64,000 bases of DNA from the NCBI GenBank assembly GCA_038087875.1, contig CM075992.1, positions 3,350,001-3,414,000 on the forward strand. Reading direction: 5' to 3'. Under the pieces are notes generated by a model. That model saw only the letters and a list, made by a program, of their open reading frames with translations, searched no databases and had not been told where the DNA came from. The stretch comes from Malacoraja senta. Lineage: Eukaryota. A program made the position numbers and the translations under genes. How positions within the stretch are numbered: position 1 is the stretch's first letter; every line of letters begins with the position of its first letter. Shown here piece by piece: positions 22,401-34,408 of this stretch.

Positions 22401-25400
22401 GCTCCCGGAGAAAACCCACACAGGTCACGGGGAGAACGTAGAGACAGCACCCGTAGTCAGGAACGAACTTGGGTCTCTGGCGCTAAGGCCACTGCGCCAC
22501 CATGCCTACTAGTGCAAACATCCTCTCCATATCCACTCCATCCAGGTCTTTCACTATTCGGTAAGTTTCAATGAGGTACCCCACCCCACCCCCTCATCCT
22601 TTTAAACTCTAGTGAGTTCAGGCCCAGTGCCGTCAAAAGGCGGAGATTGGCAGATTCTTGATTAGTAAGGGTGTCAGGGGTTTTGGGGAGGAGGCAGGAG
22701 AATGGGTGCAGTACTGAGAGAGTGCCACACTGTCAGAGGGGCAGTACTGAGGGAGTGCCGCAGTTTTTTTTTAACCAAAAATAATTTATTCACCTATTTA
22801 CAATATGTAAATACTAAATTATTCAAAAACAAACACACCACCACAATACCAGCAAAACAAATATTCTCTAATTACTATTTCCCCACCTTATTTGCAAGCC
22901 AAGTCACTTTTATTTATATAGCACATTTACAAAACATCTCTCGTTGGCCAAAGTGCTTTACATTGGTGGAGGTACTAATGTTATACAACAGTGGTTCATA
23001 GATTAAATACAAACATCACTACATACATATAGCCCTCACTCAGAGGACGTCAAGAAAGGCTTGAGAGTAAAGATGAGTTTTTAGTCTTGACTTAAAGGAG
23101 TCGATGGAGGGGGCAGTTCTGATGGGAAGAGTGATGCTGTTCCACAGTCTAGGAGCTGCAACCGCAAAAGCGCGGTCGCCCCTGAGCTTATGCCTAGACC
23201 GTGGGATGTTCAGTAACCCCAAGTCGGCCAACCTGAGGGACCTGGAGGTGGTATGGTGGGGAAGCAGACTTTTGATGTAGGTGGGGGCAAGCGCGTCAAG
23301 GGCTTTGTAGACATAAAGGAGGATCTTGAAATTTATTCGGAACCGCACAGGGAGCCAGTGGAGAGAGGCCAGGATCGGGGTGATGTGGTCCCATTTTTCG
23401 GGTGCCCATCAGGAGTCTAGCTGCGGCGTTTTGGACCAGTTGCAGGCGAGACAGGGGAGATTGGCTGATGCCAGTGTAGAGGGAGTTGCAGTAATCTAGG
23501 CGGGAGGAGATAAATATTGAGGATACATTCCGCCCCCCGCGGTAATCACGGAAATCCCCCAGGGAGCCCGTGGACAGGGCGTAGTCCCTCTCTAACACCA
23601 CCCGGGCGCGGACGTAACCCCTGAAATGGGGCAGGCAGCCGGCTCGGGCAGAGCCCTCTTCCACCTGGCACTGTGGCTCACGGATGGCCAGCTTGGCCAG
23701 GCACAGGAGCAACCCAACCAGGACATCCTCGGCCCTGCCCTCTCCCCTATGCACAGGGTGTCCAAAGATGAGGGTGGTGGGTGTGAAGTGCAGCCAGAAG
23801 GCAAGGAGCAGCCCCCTTTAGATATTGGAACAGGGGCTGCAACCTCACACACTCCATGTACACGTGGAACACAGACTCTTCCAGCCCGCAAAAGTGGCAG
23901 GCGGCTGGTGAGTCTGTGAACCGCGAGAGAAATAGGTTGCAGGGGACCACCCCAGGTCACGGATGTAGAGGGGCAGTGTGTCACACTGTTAGTGTCAAGT
24001 GCTGAAGAAGTACCTTTTGAGAAAGCACCTTACCAATTTCCTTGAATTGAGAATACAGGTATGTTACACAGAGGAAGGACTGGCCATATGTCCTTCCACT
24101 GGATGGCCACTGATAACTTTCTTGAGTTGGCGGTGGAAAGTGCGGCGTACTGTGAACTAACCAGAAGCCTTGTGTCTGATCCAAAAGTACAACTCCTGGG
24201 TTTATGGGGGGAAAAAACAGACAATGATCAATAAAGAGTCACACTGAATTGTAGCAATTGTTTGCAGTGATGTAGCAGTTTTCATAACCTCGGTTGGATT
24301 CCAATTATGCCCTTTAGAACACCAGTGCAATATCCTATTTTATACAAGGCTGCTGGACTAACAAACTCTTTCTTGGAAGGGGACGCAAGTTTGGAACAAG
24401 AGAGGGTGTCTTTGTAGCTGCAGGGCGGCATGGTGGCGCAGCGGTAGAGTTACTGCCTTACAGCGCCAGAGACCTGGGTTCCATCCTGACTACGGCTGCT
24501 GTCTGTACAGAGTTTGTATGTTCTCCCCGTGACCTGTGTGGGTTTTCTCCGGGTGCTCCGGTTTCCTCCCACACTCCAAAGACATGCAGGTTTGTAGATT
24601 AAATGTTTAAGAAGGAACTGCAGATGCTGGAAAATCGAAGGTAGACAAAAATGCTGGAGAAACTCAGCGGGTGAGGCAGCATCTATGGAGCGAAGGAAAT
24701 AGGCAACGCTTTGGGTCGAAACCTTTCTTCGGACTTCTAAAGAAGGGTTTCGACCCAAAACGTTGCCTATTTCCTTCGCTCCATAGATGCTGCCTCACCC
24801 GCTGAGTTTCTCCAGCATTTTTGACTACCTCAGGTTTGTAGATTAATTGGCTTTGGTATAAATGTAAATTGTCCCTAGTGTGTGTAGGATAATGTTAGTG
24901 TGCGGGGATCGCTGGTCAGCGTGAACTCGACGGGCCGAAGGGCCTGTTTCCGCGCTGTATCTCTAAACTACACTAAACTCTATAGGACTTGGGTTAGGCC
25001 ACATTTAGAGTATTGCATGCAATTCTGGTCACCCCAATACTGGAAAGATGTGGGGGGGGGGGGGGGAGTTCGGAGAGGGTGCTGAGGAGATTTACCAAAA
25101 TGCTGCCTAGATTAGAGGGTTTCAGCTACAGGGAGAGGTTGGATAGACTTGGATTGTTTTCTCCGAAATATCCGGGGTTCAGGGGAGACTTGATTGAAGC
25201 ATATAAAAGTATGAGGGGCACAGATGCGGTAGACAGTCAGAACCTTTTTTTCCCCCAGGGTGGAAATGCCCAACACTAGAGGGCACAGCTGTATGGTGAG
25301 GGGGGGAAGGTTGAATGGAGATGTGTGGGGCAAGTTTTGTTTGGGGGGGGGTGCTGCTGAGGACAAAGGGGAACTAAATTGAACACTTTGTAACTTGCTC

Positions 25401-28400
25401 AACGTCCCTTATGTGGTGACTCTTTGCATACCTTGGGCAGGGTTAGGGTTAGGGTTATGGTTATGTCACCTGTGATAATAAAGTATCATCAATCAATTAA
25501 TTAATTACTTCATTCATTACTTAATTAAATAGTTCATTCATTCATTCATTCAGAGGTCGCGGTGGAGGCAGATACAATAGAGGTGTCTAAAAGGCCTTTA
25601 GATAAGCACATGGAAGTGCAGGGAATAGAGGGATACGGATCATGTACAGATAGAAGAGATCAGTTTAACTTGGCATTGCGTTCGGCACAGACGTTGTGGG
25701 CCGAAGGGCCTGAACCTGTGCTGAAATGTTCCATGTTTCCAATGATCCCAGGAATGAGTAGGTTAACCTATGATGAGCGTTTGTCGGCACTGGGCCTGCA
25801 CTCGCTGGAGTTTAGAAGAATGAGTGGGGACCTCATTGAAACAGAATAGTGAAAGGCTTGGATAGAATATTTCCACTAGTGGGAGAGTCTAGGACTAGAG
25901 GTCTTAACCTCGGAATTAAAGGACGTTCTTTTAGAAAGGAGATGATGAGAAATGTCTTTAGTCAGAAGATTCACAGAGGTGAATCTGTGGAATTATTTGA
26001 CGCAGAAGGCTGTGGAGGCCAAGTCAGTGGATATTTTTAAGGCAGAGATAGATTCTTGATTAGTACTGGTGTCAGGGGTTATGGGGAGAAGGCAGGAGAA
26101 TGGGGTTAGGAGGGAGAGATAGACCAGCTATGATTGAATGGTGGACTTGATAATAATGATAATAATGGCTTGTATTTACGGGTGCCTTATACAGAGGTCT
26201 CAAGGACACCTTACAGAGATTAACAAATAGGAAACATATAATCAGAATAAAATAAATTATAAAGACCAATACACAAATTAAGGACAGAATTCTTTCCAAA
26301 GACACAAAAAAGAAAATCAGAAACACAATTTGAGGCAAGATCAGCGGCAGCTAAACCACGCCAGCGTCCACTCTCCCCTCCGACCGCCATCTTGAACACA
26401 GACTAACATTGACACAACACACAAAAATCATCCCCCCACCTTCTGACTTATGTTTCACCTTTTGTGTGGCCACCGCCAGAGCTCGATCCGATCGGGCTCT
26501 GGTCATTGTAGAGCACAAACGCCACATTGTTACGCTGCAAAAGCAAGACAAAGGGTATCAGAATGGAAATGCCTCTTCCCGCAACTGCTTTTAATTCCAC
26601 TATTAGCTGCAGACATGGGGTGGGAGATTGCAACCTTCACGTGGTCCGCCCTGTTTCGACGAATGCAATCAACCTGGCGTGCACAATCAAATCAGATCAA
26701 ATAGAACAAGTTGTCCTACAACTTTAGGCTGTGCACGCCATACGCAAGAAGAAGAAGACGCTGCAGACATAAATAAAATCTGAATGTCGGAAGCACACAG
26801 CAGTTCAGGCAGCATCTGTAGAGAGTGAAACGCAGCTAGTTTTATACATGTGACTTTTCATCCATCTCAAAGATTGAGACAAAAAGCTGGAGTAACTCAG
26901 CGGGTCAGACAGCATCTCTGGAGAAAAGGAATCGGAAACCTGTACGTTCTCCCTGTGACCTGCGTGGGTTTTCTCCGAGATCTTTGGTTTCCTCCCTCAC
27001 TCCAAAGACGTAGGTTAATTGGCTTGGTGTATGTGTAAATTGTCCCTAGTGTAGGATAGTGTTAATGTGCGGGGATCGCTGGTCGGCGCGGACCCGGTGG
27101 GCCGAAGGGCCTCTTTCCGCGCTGTATCTCTAAACTAAACAAGAAACCAAACTCCATATGCAAAAAACAGCCACCACATGCCGACTGTTAAAAAAACTGA
27201 TCTATTCAGTTGGTAAACAAGGAACTGCAGATGTTGGAAAATCGGAGGTAGACAAAAATGCTGGAGAAACTCAGTGGGTGAGGCAGCATCTATGGAGCGA
27301 AGGAAATAGGCAACGTTTCGGGTCGATTTCCTTCGCTGAAGGGTTTCGGCCCGAAACGTTGCCTATTTCCTTCGCTCCATAGATGCTGCCTCACCCGCTT
27401 AGTTTCGCCAGCATTTTTGTTTTACCTTCTATTCAGTTGGTGTTTCGTTGAGTTAGGCCCACGACACCTCGGGAAGGCTCAACACTTGGTTCTGGGGTCC
27501 CAGAACGGTCCCCCTCAATACCTACTCTCACCACCTATGCTAACCAGTATCTACCCCATGAAGGAAGCTGCGGACAATTGATATGCAGACAGTATAGCCA
27601 TTGCAATCAAGAACAAGGTTTCCTTTACTTGTTCACAGGAGATGGTATCACAGGCATTTATTACACAGCCCTATTTAACCCTGTGCTGAATGGCAGGGTG
27701 GGCCTTTTCAGAGAGTGAACATGAGGATATGGAGTTACGTATAGAGCAGCTCAGGTAAGAACATTAATTTGTCCTTATAAGACTTTGGTAAATTGAATCT
27801 ACAATATCCTCTTAATATGTGTAGGAGGGAATTTTTTGCTCCATCCCAACTCTATATTTGCCTTTACTTAGATAGGTACGGACATAAAATAAAACAGCTC
27901 GTGGATCGGTGGTGAGTCTATCTAACAAGTTGGTTTATTAAAGGTCTCAACATTGCACACTGGGAAACACTCTGAGAGAACCCAAAGCGTTTAGAAGATA
28001 CAAAGTACCTACAGCATTTTACATTCTCATGACACAATGTTTAGTTTAATTGAGATACAGCACAAAAACAGGTCCTTCGGCCCACCGGGTCTGCGCCGAT
28101 CAGCGATCACTGCACATTAACACTATCCTACACCCACTAGAATTCTCCCAATTCTGCTAGCCCTTGCTGTCCCCTCCCCTTCATCAGCCCTCTGGTTGTC
28201 TCCTCCCCTCCCCCAGCCCTCGGGCTCCTCCTCCGCCTTTTTCCTTTTTTCCTTTCTTCTCCCCACCCCCTATCAGTCTGAAGAAGGGTTTCAGCCCGAA
28301 ACATTGCCTATTTCCTTCGCTCCATAGACGCTGCTGCACCCGCTGAGTTTCTCCAGCATTTTTGTGTACCTAGGGACAATTTTTACATTTACCAAGCCAA

Positions 28401-31400
28401 TTAACCTACAAACCGGTACGTCTTTGGAGTGTGGGAGGAAACAGAAGATCTCGGAGAAAACCCACGCAGGTCACGGGGAGAACGTACAAACTCCGTACAG
28501 AGGGCACCCATAGTCGGGATCGAACCCGGGTCTCCGGCGCTGCAAGCGCTGTAAGGCGGCAACTCTACCGCTGCGCCACCGTGCAAACCTTAGTTACTTG
28601 TGGATCTGAATTAAGTCATCATTAATCAATGTCTCTGCAACCTTTCATCTTTGTTTTTCCCAAGAGTTATCTTTAATCTTATGTTTCCTGTTATGTTCTC
28701 TCCCATATTTCATTTTAATAATAATATTTTTTTTTAATAAACTATATTTTGGACTCATAAATCATAAATTATATATATTAAAAAAAATAAAAAAACCCAC
28801 AATACATGAATTAAATTCCAGAATAGAATCCAGACTAAAAGAATGATCAATGTCCTACAACGAGACAATGATACCAGTGTCTCCACAACTGGGATTCGTA
28901 GCGTGTAGTGCATCTCCTCCAACCTCATCTATTGCATCCGCTGCTCTAGATGTCAGCTGATCTACATCGGTGAGACCAAGCGGAGGCTTGGCGATCGTTT
29001 CGCCGAACACCTCCGCTCGGTCCGCATTAACCAACCTGACCTCCCGGTGGCTCAGCACTTCAACTCCCCCTCCCATTCCGTATCCGACCTTTCTGTCCTG
29101 GGTCTCCTCCATGGCCAGAGCGAGCAACACCGGAAATTGGAGGAACAGCTCCTCATATTCCGCTTGTGGAGTCTGCATCCTGGGGGCATGAACATTGAAT
29201 TCTCCCAATTTTACTAGCCCTTGCTGTCTCCTCCCCTACATATCTCTCCCTCAGCCCTCGGGCTCCTCCTCCTCCTTTTTCCTTTCTTCTCCCCCCCCCC
29301 CCCACCCCTATCAGTCTGAAGATGGGTTTCGGCCCAAAACGTTGCCTATTTCCTTCGCTCCATAGATGCTGCTGCACCCGCTGAGTTTCTCCAGCATTTT
29401 TGTGTACCTTATGTTTGACCATCATGGACATCATCATTGACCTAATAAATGGACAAAAGACCCGGTTCCTGGATATTTTTATTACACCCAGCCTGGTTTA
29501 CAACCTCCAATGTTATTCTATCTAAGCTAGCTGTGCCAAGATCCAAACGTGAAGAGCCATGCACTTCATTTACCTGAGGTTGTCCATAGAGTTGCTGCAA
29601 TGTTGCTCCCACTGCTCCTTGAGTGTTGTTCACTGTGTATCTCCCAGTTTTCCAGCCAGACGCCCCATGGTCCATATACAGGTAGTTTATACCAGAGGTG
29701 TCAACATGCTTGGGCAACTTGTAAACTATGAACCTGAATGTAGAGAAGGGGTGGGAGGAATTAGCAGCAAAGGCAGTTAATGATGTATTCAAGAGAGATT
29801 CCATCAAATCTACTCTGCCATTCAATCATGGCCGATCTATCACACAACACATTATTTATGTATTCACGGGAGAGTTAGATATAGCTCTTAGGGCTAATGG
29901 AATCAAAGGATATGGGGAGAAGGCAGGAACAGGGTACTGATTCTGGATGATCAGCCATGATCATATTGAATGGCTCAAAGGGCAAAATGACCTACTCCTG
30001 CACCTATTTTCTATGTTTCTATGAGTAAAGTTCTCTTTTTTAAAAATATTTTTATTTATTAGAAGCAAATGTACAAGAGTAGAACAAACGGCATATCAAA
30101 TTATATAGTTATTGTACAGCCTCAATTTTAACTTTTTAGCTTTGAATTAGAGGAAAAGAAAAGAGAAAGAACAAGAAAGAGAAAAAGTGAGATGTGCAAA
30201 GATAGGACCCCTAGACTAGCAAAGTAGTGTGGCCGACTTGGGGTCCCGCAGTCTAGGCATAAGCTCAGGGGCGACCGCGCCTTTGCGGTTGCAGCCCCTA
30301 GACTGTGGAACAGCATCCCCCTTCCCATCAGAAGTGCCCCCTCCATCGACTCCTTTAAGTCAAGACTAAAAACTTATCTATACTCCCAAGCCTTTTCTTG
30401 ACGTCCTCTGAGCGAGGGCTATATGTATATATGTATGTAGCTTGTTTGTTTATACTATACTTATAACAAATGTAAAGCACTTTGGCCAACGAGAGTTGTT
30501 TTTTAAATGTGCTATATAAATAAATGTGACTTGACTTGACTGACTAGCCAAAGAGTGGGTAAAAGAAGGAAAGAAGAGAGGAAAAGAACAAAAAAGAACA
30601 AAAAGAAAAAGAGAGAGAAAAGTGATGATATACCTGCCTGAAAAGTTCTCTTTACAGTCTGTGTAAAAAAACATCCCCACACATCTCCATTAAACCTTAT
30701 AGCTAAACCCTCTGGTGTTGGATATTTCCATCCTGGGAAGCAGTTTGGATTATTCCCTTTGTGGCCATTCTCGTAAATAACCGTCTCTTGAATAATCTTG
30801 AATAATCATTCTCTTACATAATCTTGGCAGGTACTATCCACCTACATACATGGGGCTCCAATCTAATATTTCCCCTTTTCAGAGGGCATGGTAGCACACC
30901 GATTTAGCTTTGGGCTCCAAAATTGGACGGTTGATCCAGAGTTAAAAACAGAGATAAAATGCTGGAGACACGTAGCCCTGGTCTTGGGAAAGAGATTCAG
31001 TTAATGCTTCAGGTCCAGGACCACTCAAAATTACCAGGAAAGACAGAAAAAAGTCAGCTGAGGTCGCAGAAAAAGTAGTTGAGAGGGCTAGGGAACACCT
31101 CTGATAGGTTGAATCCTGTTGTTAAAATCAGATTAAACCTCAGAGTGATTGGCGAGACTGTGCAACAAACAAACGGTGCTAAATAATTTTAAAAAAGGAA
31201 CTATGACACAGCAGGTAGACTTGCTGTTTCACAGTTATAGTAACCCAGGTCCAATCTTGACCTCTGGTGCTGTTTGTGTGGAGTTTGCAAGTTCTCTCAT
31301 GTGCTGTGTGTGGGTGTCCTTTGGTTTCCTTCCACATCCCCAAAATGGCATCAAATTGCTGCTCCATCTCTGGAGTAAAAGGATGGGTGATGTTTCGGGT

Positions 31401-32218
31401 CGGGACCCTTCTTCAGTCTTCTGGTGAAAAAGGATGGGTGACGTTTCAGGTCGGGACCCTTCTTCAGATCTCCTGTGGATTATGGGTTGTGGTCATGGGG
31501 ACGTATGTAATGCAAGCAAGGTTCAATTAGGAAGCCGCCAAACTCCTCACAGATCACGAGTATCAGAGATCCAGTAGGGAAACAGGAAGAGAGGATTTAT
31601 CTCCTCCTTCCGCTATTAGACCACTTTCACTATGAGAGTTGAGGCACGAGGAAATGCAGATGCTAGAATCATGAGAAAAAACCCACAACATGCTGGAAGA
31701 ACTCAGCAGGTCAGGCAGTGTCTGTGGAGGGAATGGACAGACGATGATACTCAGACTGATGAACGGTCCCAACCAGAAATGTTGCCCACCCCATTTATTC
31801 CACAGCATTCCAAGGACCACCTCTCTTGCAAATACTCAAATCCTTCTGGGGCCCCCTGTAAACATGCACATCTTCTCAGAGATATACAGGGAATATCAGG
31901 ATTCCCGGAACCCCCTTACAAATACACAGCTTTTCAGGGACATAAGAATGGCATGTTGCATTGTTAGTAGAACAGCAGCCTCACATTCCACGGTTCTAGA
32001 TTCAATTGTGCCTTTGTGTAGATGACAAACAGAATCTGGGTGGACGTTGATGGGAATGTGGTGAGAATAAAGGAAGTTTGGGTAGGATTACTGTAAATGG
32101 GTGTTTGATGGTCAGAATTGACCATGGGCCCAAAGGCCTGTTTCCATGTTGCTTAGAGTTATGCGGTACTGAGCCAGGCCCTTCAGCCCAAATCATCCAT
32201 GCTGACCAGTCCTGAACG

Positions 32219-32249
<31 letters not shown>

Positions 32250-33139
32250 TATTTACTGGCGCCTTTCTAAAACCCAAGGACACCTTACAATGCATAGAAT
32301 CACAACAACAAAAATACAAAACACATAATCGAGTATTAGAAAGGCGCTATATAAATCCAATCCATTATTATTATTATTATAATCGGAATAAATTAAATAT
32401 AAAAACACCACAGTACACAAATCAAGGACAGAATTCAATTTCAAGAGCACCAAAAGAAAATAAGAAACACAATTTGACTATCTACCTCATTGATAACCCT
32501 CGGACTATCCTTGATCGGTCTTGCACAAAACGTTGTTTCCTTATCATGTATCTATCTATACACTGTAAATGGCACGATTGTAATCATGTATTGTCTTTCC
32601 GCTGACTGGATAGCACGCAGCAAAAGCTTTTCACTGTACCTCGGTACACGTGGCAATAAACTAAACTGAACTGAGGATGAGACTGAATTCTGTACTCAGT
32701 CCCTAGTGCAATCAAGGCACTTTGTAACTTCCACAACACTGTTGGATCACTCAAGTTTACGTCAGAAACAAGCCAGCAATGGCAGCACTGCTTACCCAGA
32801 AGGCCGTGCGCCGCAGAAAGTGCCCTGGACGCATCCAGACACCACTGAGCCAAAGGATACTCTCAGTGCTGGAGTAACTCAGCGGGTCAGGCAGCATCTC
32901 TGGAGAACATGGAGAGGTGACATTACGGGTCGAGACCCTTTCTGCAGACTCTGAGAACTGAACTCAACCCAACCCAGTGTTTAGTTGAACAGCTTCCAGG
33001 TTTGAAAGGCCAATGACCCAGCTTACCAATCAACGGGCTGCCCATTGTCATCCTGGCAGGAAAGGTCAGAGGTCACCCTTGACGCCAAACAGGCAACGAT
33101 CAGAGAAGGCAACCCGTACCAATGGTTAGAAATTGTCAT
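19052..33139 (-). CDS. DNASE2: Deoxyribonuclease II (acid DNase), complete 6-exon CDS, 1071 nt / 356 aa
   Basis: Signal peptide, SC.D..G.PVDWFIVYKLP, and the catalytic PLD-type motifs GHTKG and DHSKW; exon phases are consistent. Alpha rather than beta is inferred from linkage to DCAF15. Confidence 0.92.
20250..20555 (+). mobile_element. HE1-like V-SINE
   Basis: Head, V-core and (CTAAA)n tail. Confidence 0.8.
20728..21852 (-). mobile_element. CR1/HER1-like LINE, 5'-truncated (RT C-terminal half plus 3' UTR)
   Basis: GVPQGSVLGP...FADDTK, RPHLEYCVQFWSP; (TTTCTATG)n tail. Confidence 0.92.
21961..22158 (-). CDS. DNASE2: DNase II coding exon 5
   Basis: GTQILYNSPHVYDHSIPP...LSSAAGKQFTSFAK; 198 nt. 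Confidence 0.93.
22238..22505 (-). mobile_element. HE1-like V-SINE
   Basis: Same core and tail as the other copies. Confidence 0.8.
22764..23985 (-). mobile_element. Tx1-like LINE 3' fragment split by an L2 insertion (about 22896-23515)
   Basis: ACHFCGLEESVFHVYMECVRLQPLF matches the ORF2 C-terminus at 52.4-52.8 kb; poly(A) at 22764-22772. The L2 insert reads SSRLDYCNSL and RINFKILL. Confidence 0.82.
24034..24195 (-). CDS. DNASE2: DNase II coding exon 4
   Basis: GVVLLDQTQGFWLVHSTPHFPP...YGQSFLCVTY; 162 nt. Confidence 0.95.
24423..24980 (+). mobile_element. HE1-like V-SINE carrying a Penelope fold-back insert (24603-24830, 16-bp TSD)
   Basis: A box TGGCGCAGCGG and a B box-like GGTTCCATCC; TSD CAGGTTTGTAGATTAA at 24587-24602 and 24831-24846. 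Confidence 0.88.
26459..26534 (-). CDS. DNASE2: DNase II coding exon 3
   Basis: RNNVAFVLYNDQSPIGSSSGGGHTK; 76 nt. Confidence 0.94.
26617..26670 (+). ncRNA. Predicted HDV/CPEB3-like self-cleaving ribozyme
   Basis: P1 GGGGTGG/CCGCCCT, P2 GATTGCA/TGCAATC, P3 ACC/GGT, L3 TTCACGT, minimal P4 (TTCG loop), J4/2 CGAA. Confidence 0.85.
26617..26759 (+). mobile_element. ~140-bp SINE headed by an HDV-like ribozyme, (AGA)n tail, 11-bp TSD
   Basis: TSD GCTGCAGACAT at 26606-26616 and 26760-26770; homologous copies at 34273 and 41743. Confidence 0.9.
27215..27427. mobile_element. Penelope-derived fold-back mini-element, 14-bp TSD
   Basis: TSD TCTATTCAGTTGGT at 27201-27214 and 27428-27441; inverted arms. 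Confidence 0.8.
28040..28584 (-). mobile_element. HE1-like V-SINE with a Penelope terminal fragment inserted (about 28140-28370)
   Basis: SINE head at the 28584 end; the Penelope pseudo-LTR interrupts the tail region. Confidence 0.82.
28910..29410 (+). mobile_element. Penelope-like element 3' fragment (GIY-YIG plus pseudo-LTR)
   Basis: NLIYCIRCSRCQLIYIGETKRRLGDRFAEHLRSV, a GIY-YIG-type motif with CxxC. Confidence 0.9.
29574..29733 (-). CDS. DNASE2: DNase II coding exon 2
   Basis: FIVYKLPKHVDTSGINYLYMD...GAVGATLQQLYGQPQ; 160 nt. Confidence 0.94.
30230..30545 (+). mobile_element. L2 LINE 3' fragment
   Basis: Same family as 13781-14196; (GACTT)n tail. Confidence 0.82.
33027..33139 (-). CDS. 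DNASE2: DNase II first coding exon
   Basis: MTISNHWYGLPSLIVACLASRVTSDLSCQDDNGQPVDW; ttgcag|ATG ... |gtaagc; 113 nt. Confidence 0.88.
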
Positions 33140-33370
33140 CTGCAAGACAGTGAAAGCCGACTTGTTAAAACCATCCTCCTCCAGCAGTTGTACCCTCATC
33201 CTTGTTTTCAAACACAGTCACAGACACAGACACCCCCCCCCCCCCCCCCCCCCTTGTCTCAAGAGCCAAGACTGTTCAATTGTGATTATGCACCAACGAT
33301 TAAACAATGAAATTATTAGGTGGACACAAAATGCTGGAGTAACTCAGCGGGACAGGCGGCATGAAGAAGT

Positions 33371-33400
33371 CTGAAGAAGGGTTTCGGCCCGAAACGTTGC
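33371..33400 (+). ncRNA. Minimal hammerhead ribozyme motif of the Penelope pseudo-LTR (representative copy)
   Basis: CTGAAGA, stem II GGGT-TTCG-GCCC, then GAAACGTT. Further copies at 39444 (CTGATGA), 40128, and on the minus strand near 17785 and 51635. Confidence 0.65.
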
Positions 33401-33513
33401 CTATTTCCTTTGCTCCATAGATGCTGCTGCACCCGCTGAGTTTCTCCAGCACTTTTGTCTACCTGTCTGGATCATTAGATGTTACTCCCTCCCATTCATG
33501 CCCCCAGCACTTG

Positions 33514-33638
33514 TTTATTTATTTATCTATCTATTTATTTATTTATCTATTTATTTATCTATTTATTTATCTATCTATCTATCTATTTATTTATTTATTT
33601 ATCTATCTATCTATTTATTTATCTATTTATTTATCTGT

Positions 33639-33673
<35 letters not shown>

Positions 33674-33680
33674 TCTATTC
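33514..33680. repeat. (TTTA/TCTA)n microsatellite
   Basis: Read directly from the sequence. Confidence 0.95.
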
Positions 33681-34272
33681 TTCTTTATTTGGAACAGATT
33701 AAAAAAAAATAAAAAGCAAGTGTGAAACAGCATACAAAAAACAAAAACAAAAATATTTATAAAGTGTCATAAACGATATTTATCAATAAATGAATCGTAT
33801 GTATCCGAAACAGAGCAGGAAGAAGCCAAAGCTTATTAATTCCCACCCCTTATTCAACTGCTTATAATTATCTTATACACATGTAGCAGCTATAAACACC
33901 TATTTCCATACGTACACTAATCAAATATTTACAAAGCCATACCGAAAAAAAAAACCTCCTGTACTATACAGTATCTCGTAGTCATATATACAACCCTTCA
34001 CTTATCTCTTAAAAATAGCAGAGTCAGGGGATATGGGGAGAAGGCAGGAACGGGGTACTGATTGGGGATGATCAGCCATGATCACATTGAATGGCGGTGC
34101 TGGCTCGAAGGGCCGAATGGCCTATTCCTGCACCTATTGTCTATTGTCTATCATCCTATAATCACCCTTCCCAATACAATCAGTATAACAAATATCCCAC
34201 TCAAAATCACCTATCCTCATCCCAATATCCTTTAAAAAGAGTGTTTTTGTACATCTTTTTAAACTGAATTAT

Positions 34273-34408
34273 GGAGTGGAAGATAGCAACCTTCACGTGA
34301 TCCGCCCTGTTTCGACTAATGCAATTAACTCAACGCACAAACGGAAGATCAAATAGAACAAGTTGTCATACAACTTTAGGCTGTGCACCCCACTCGAAAG
34401 AAGAAGAG
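34273..34408 (+). mobile_element. HDV-ribozyme-headed SINE, diverged copy
   Basis: TSD AACTGAATTAT at 34262-34272 and 34409-34419; same head and (AGA)n tail. Confidence 0.85.

Noticed and set aside
25438..25462. Interstitial telomeric repeat (TTAGGG)
   Set aside because: Only about three units; too short to interpret.
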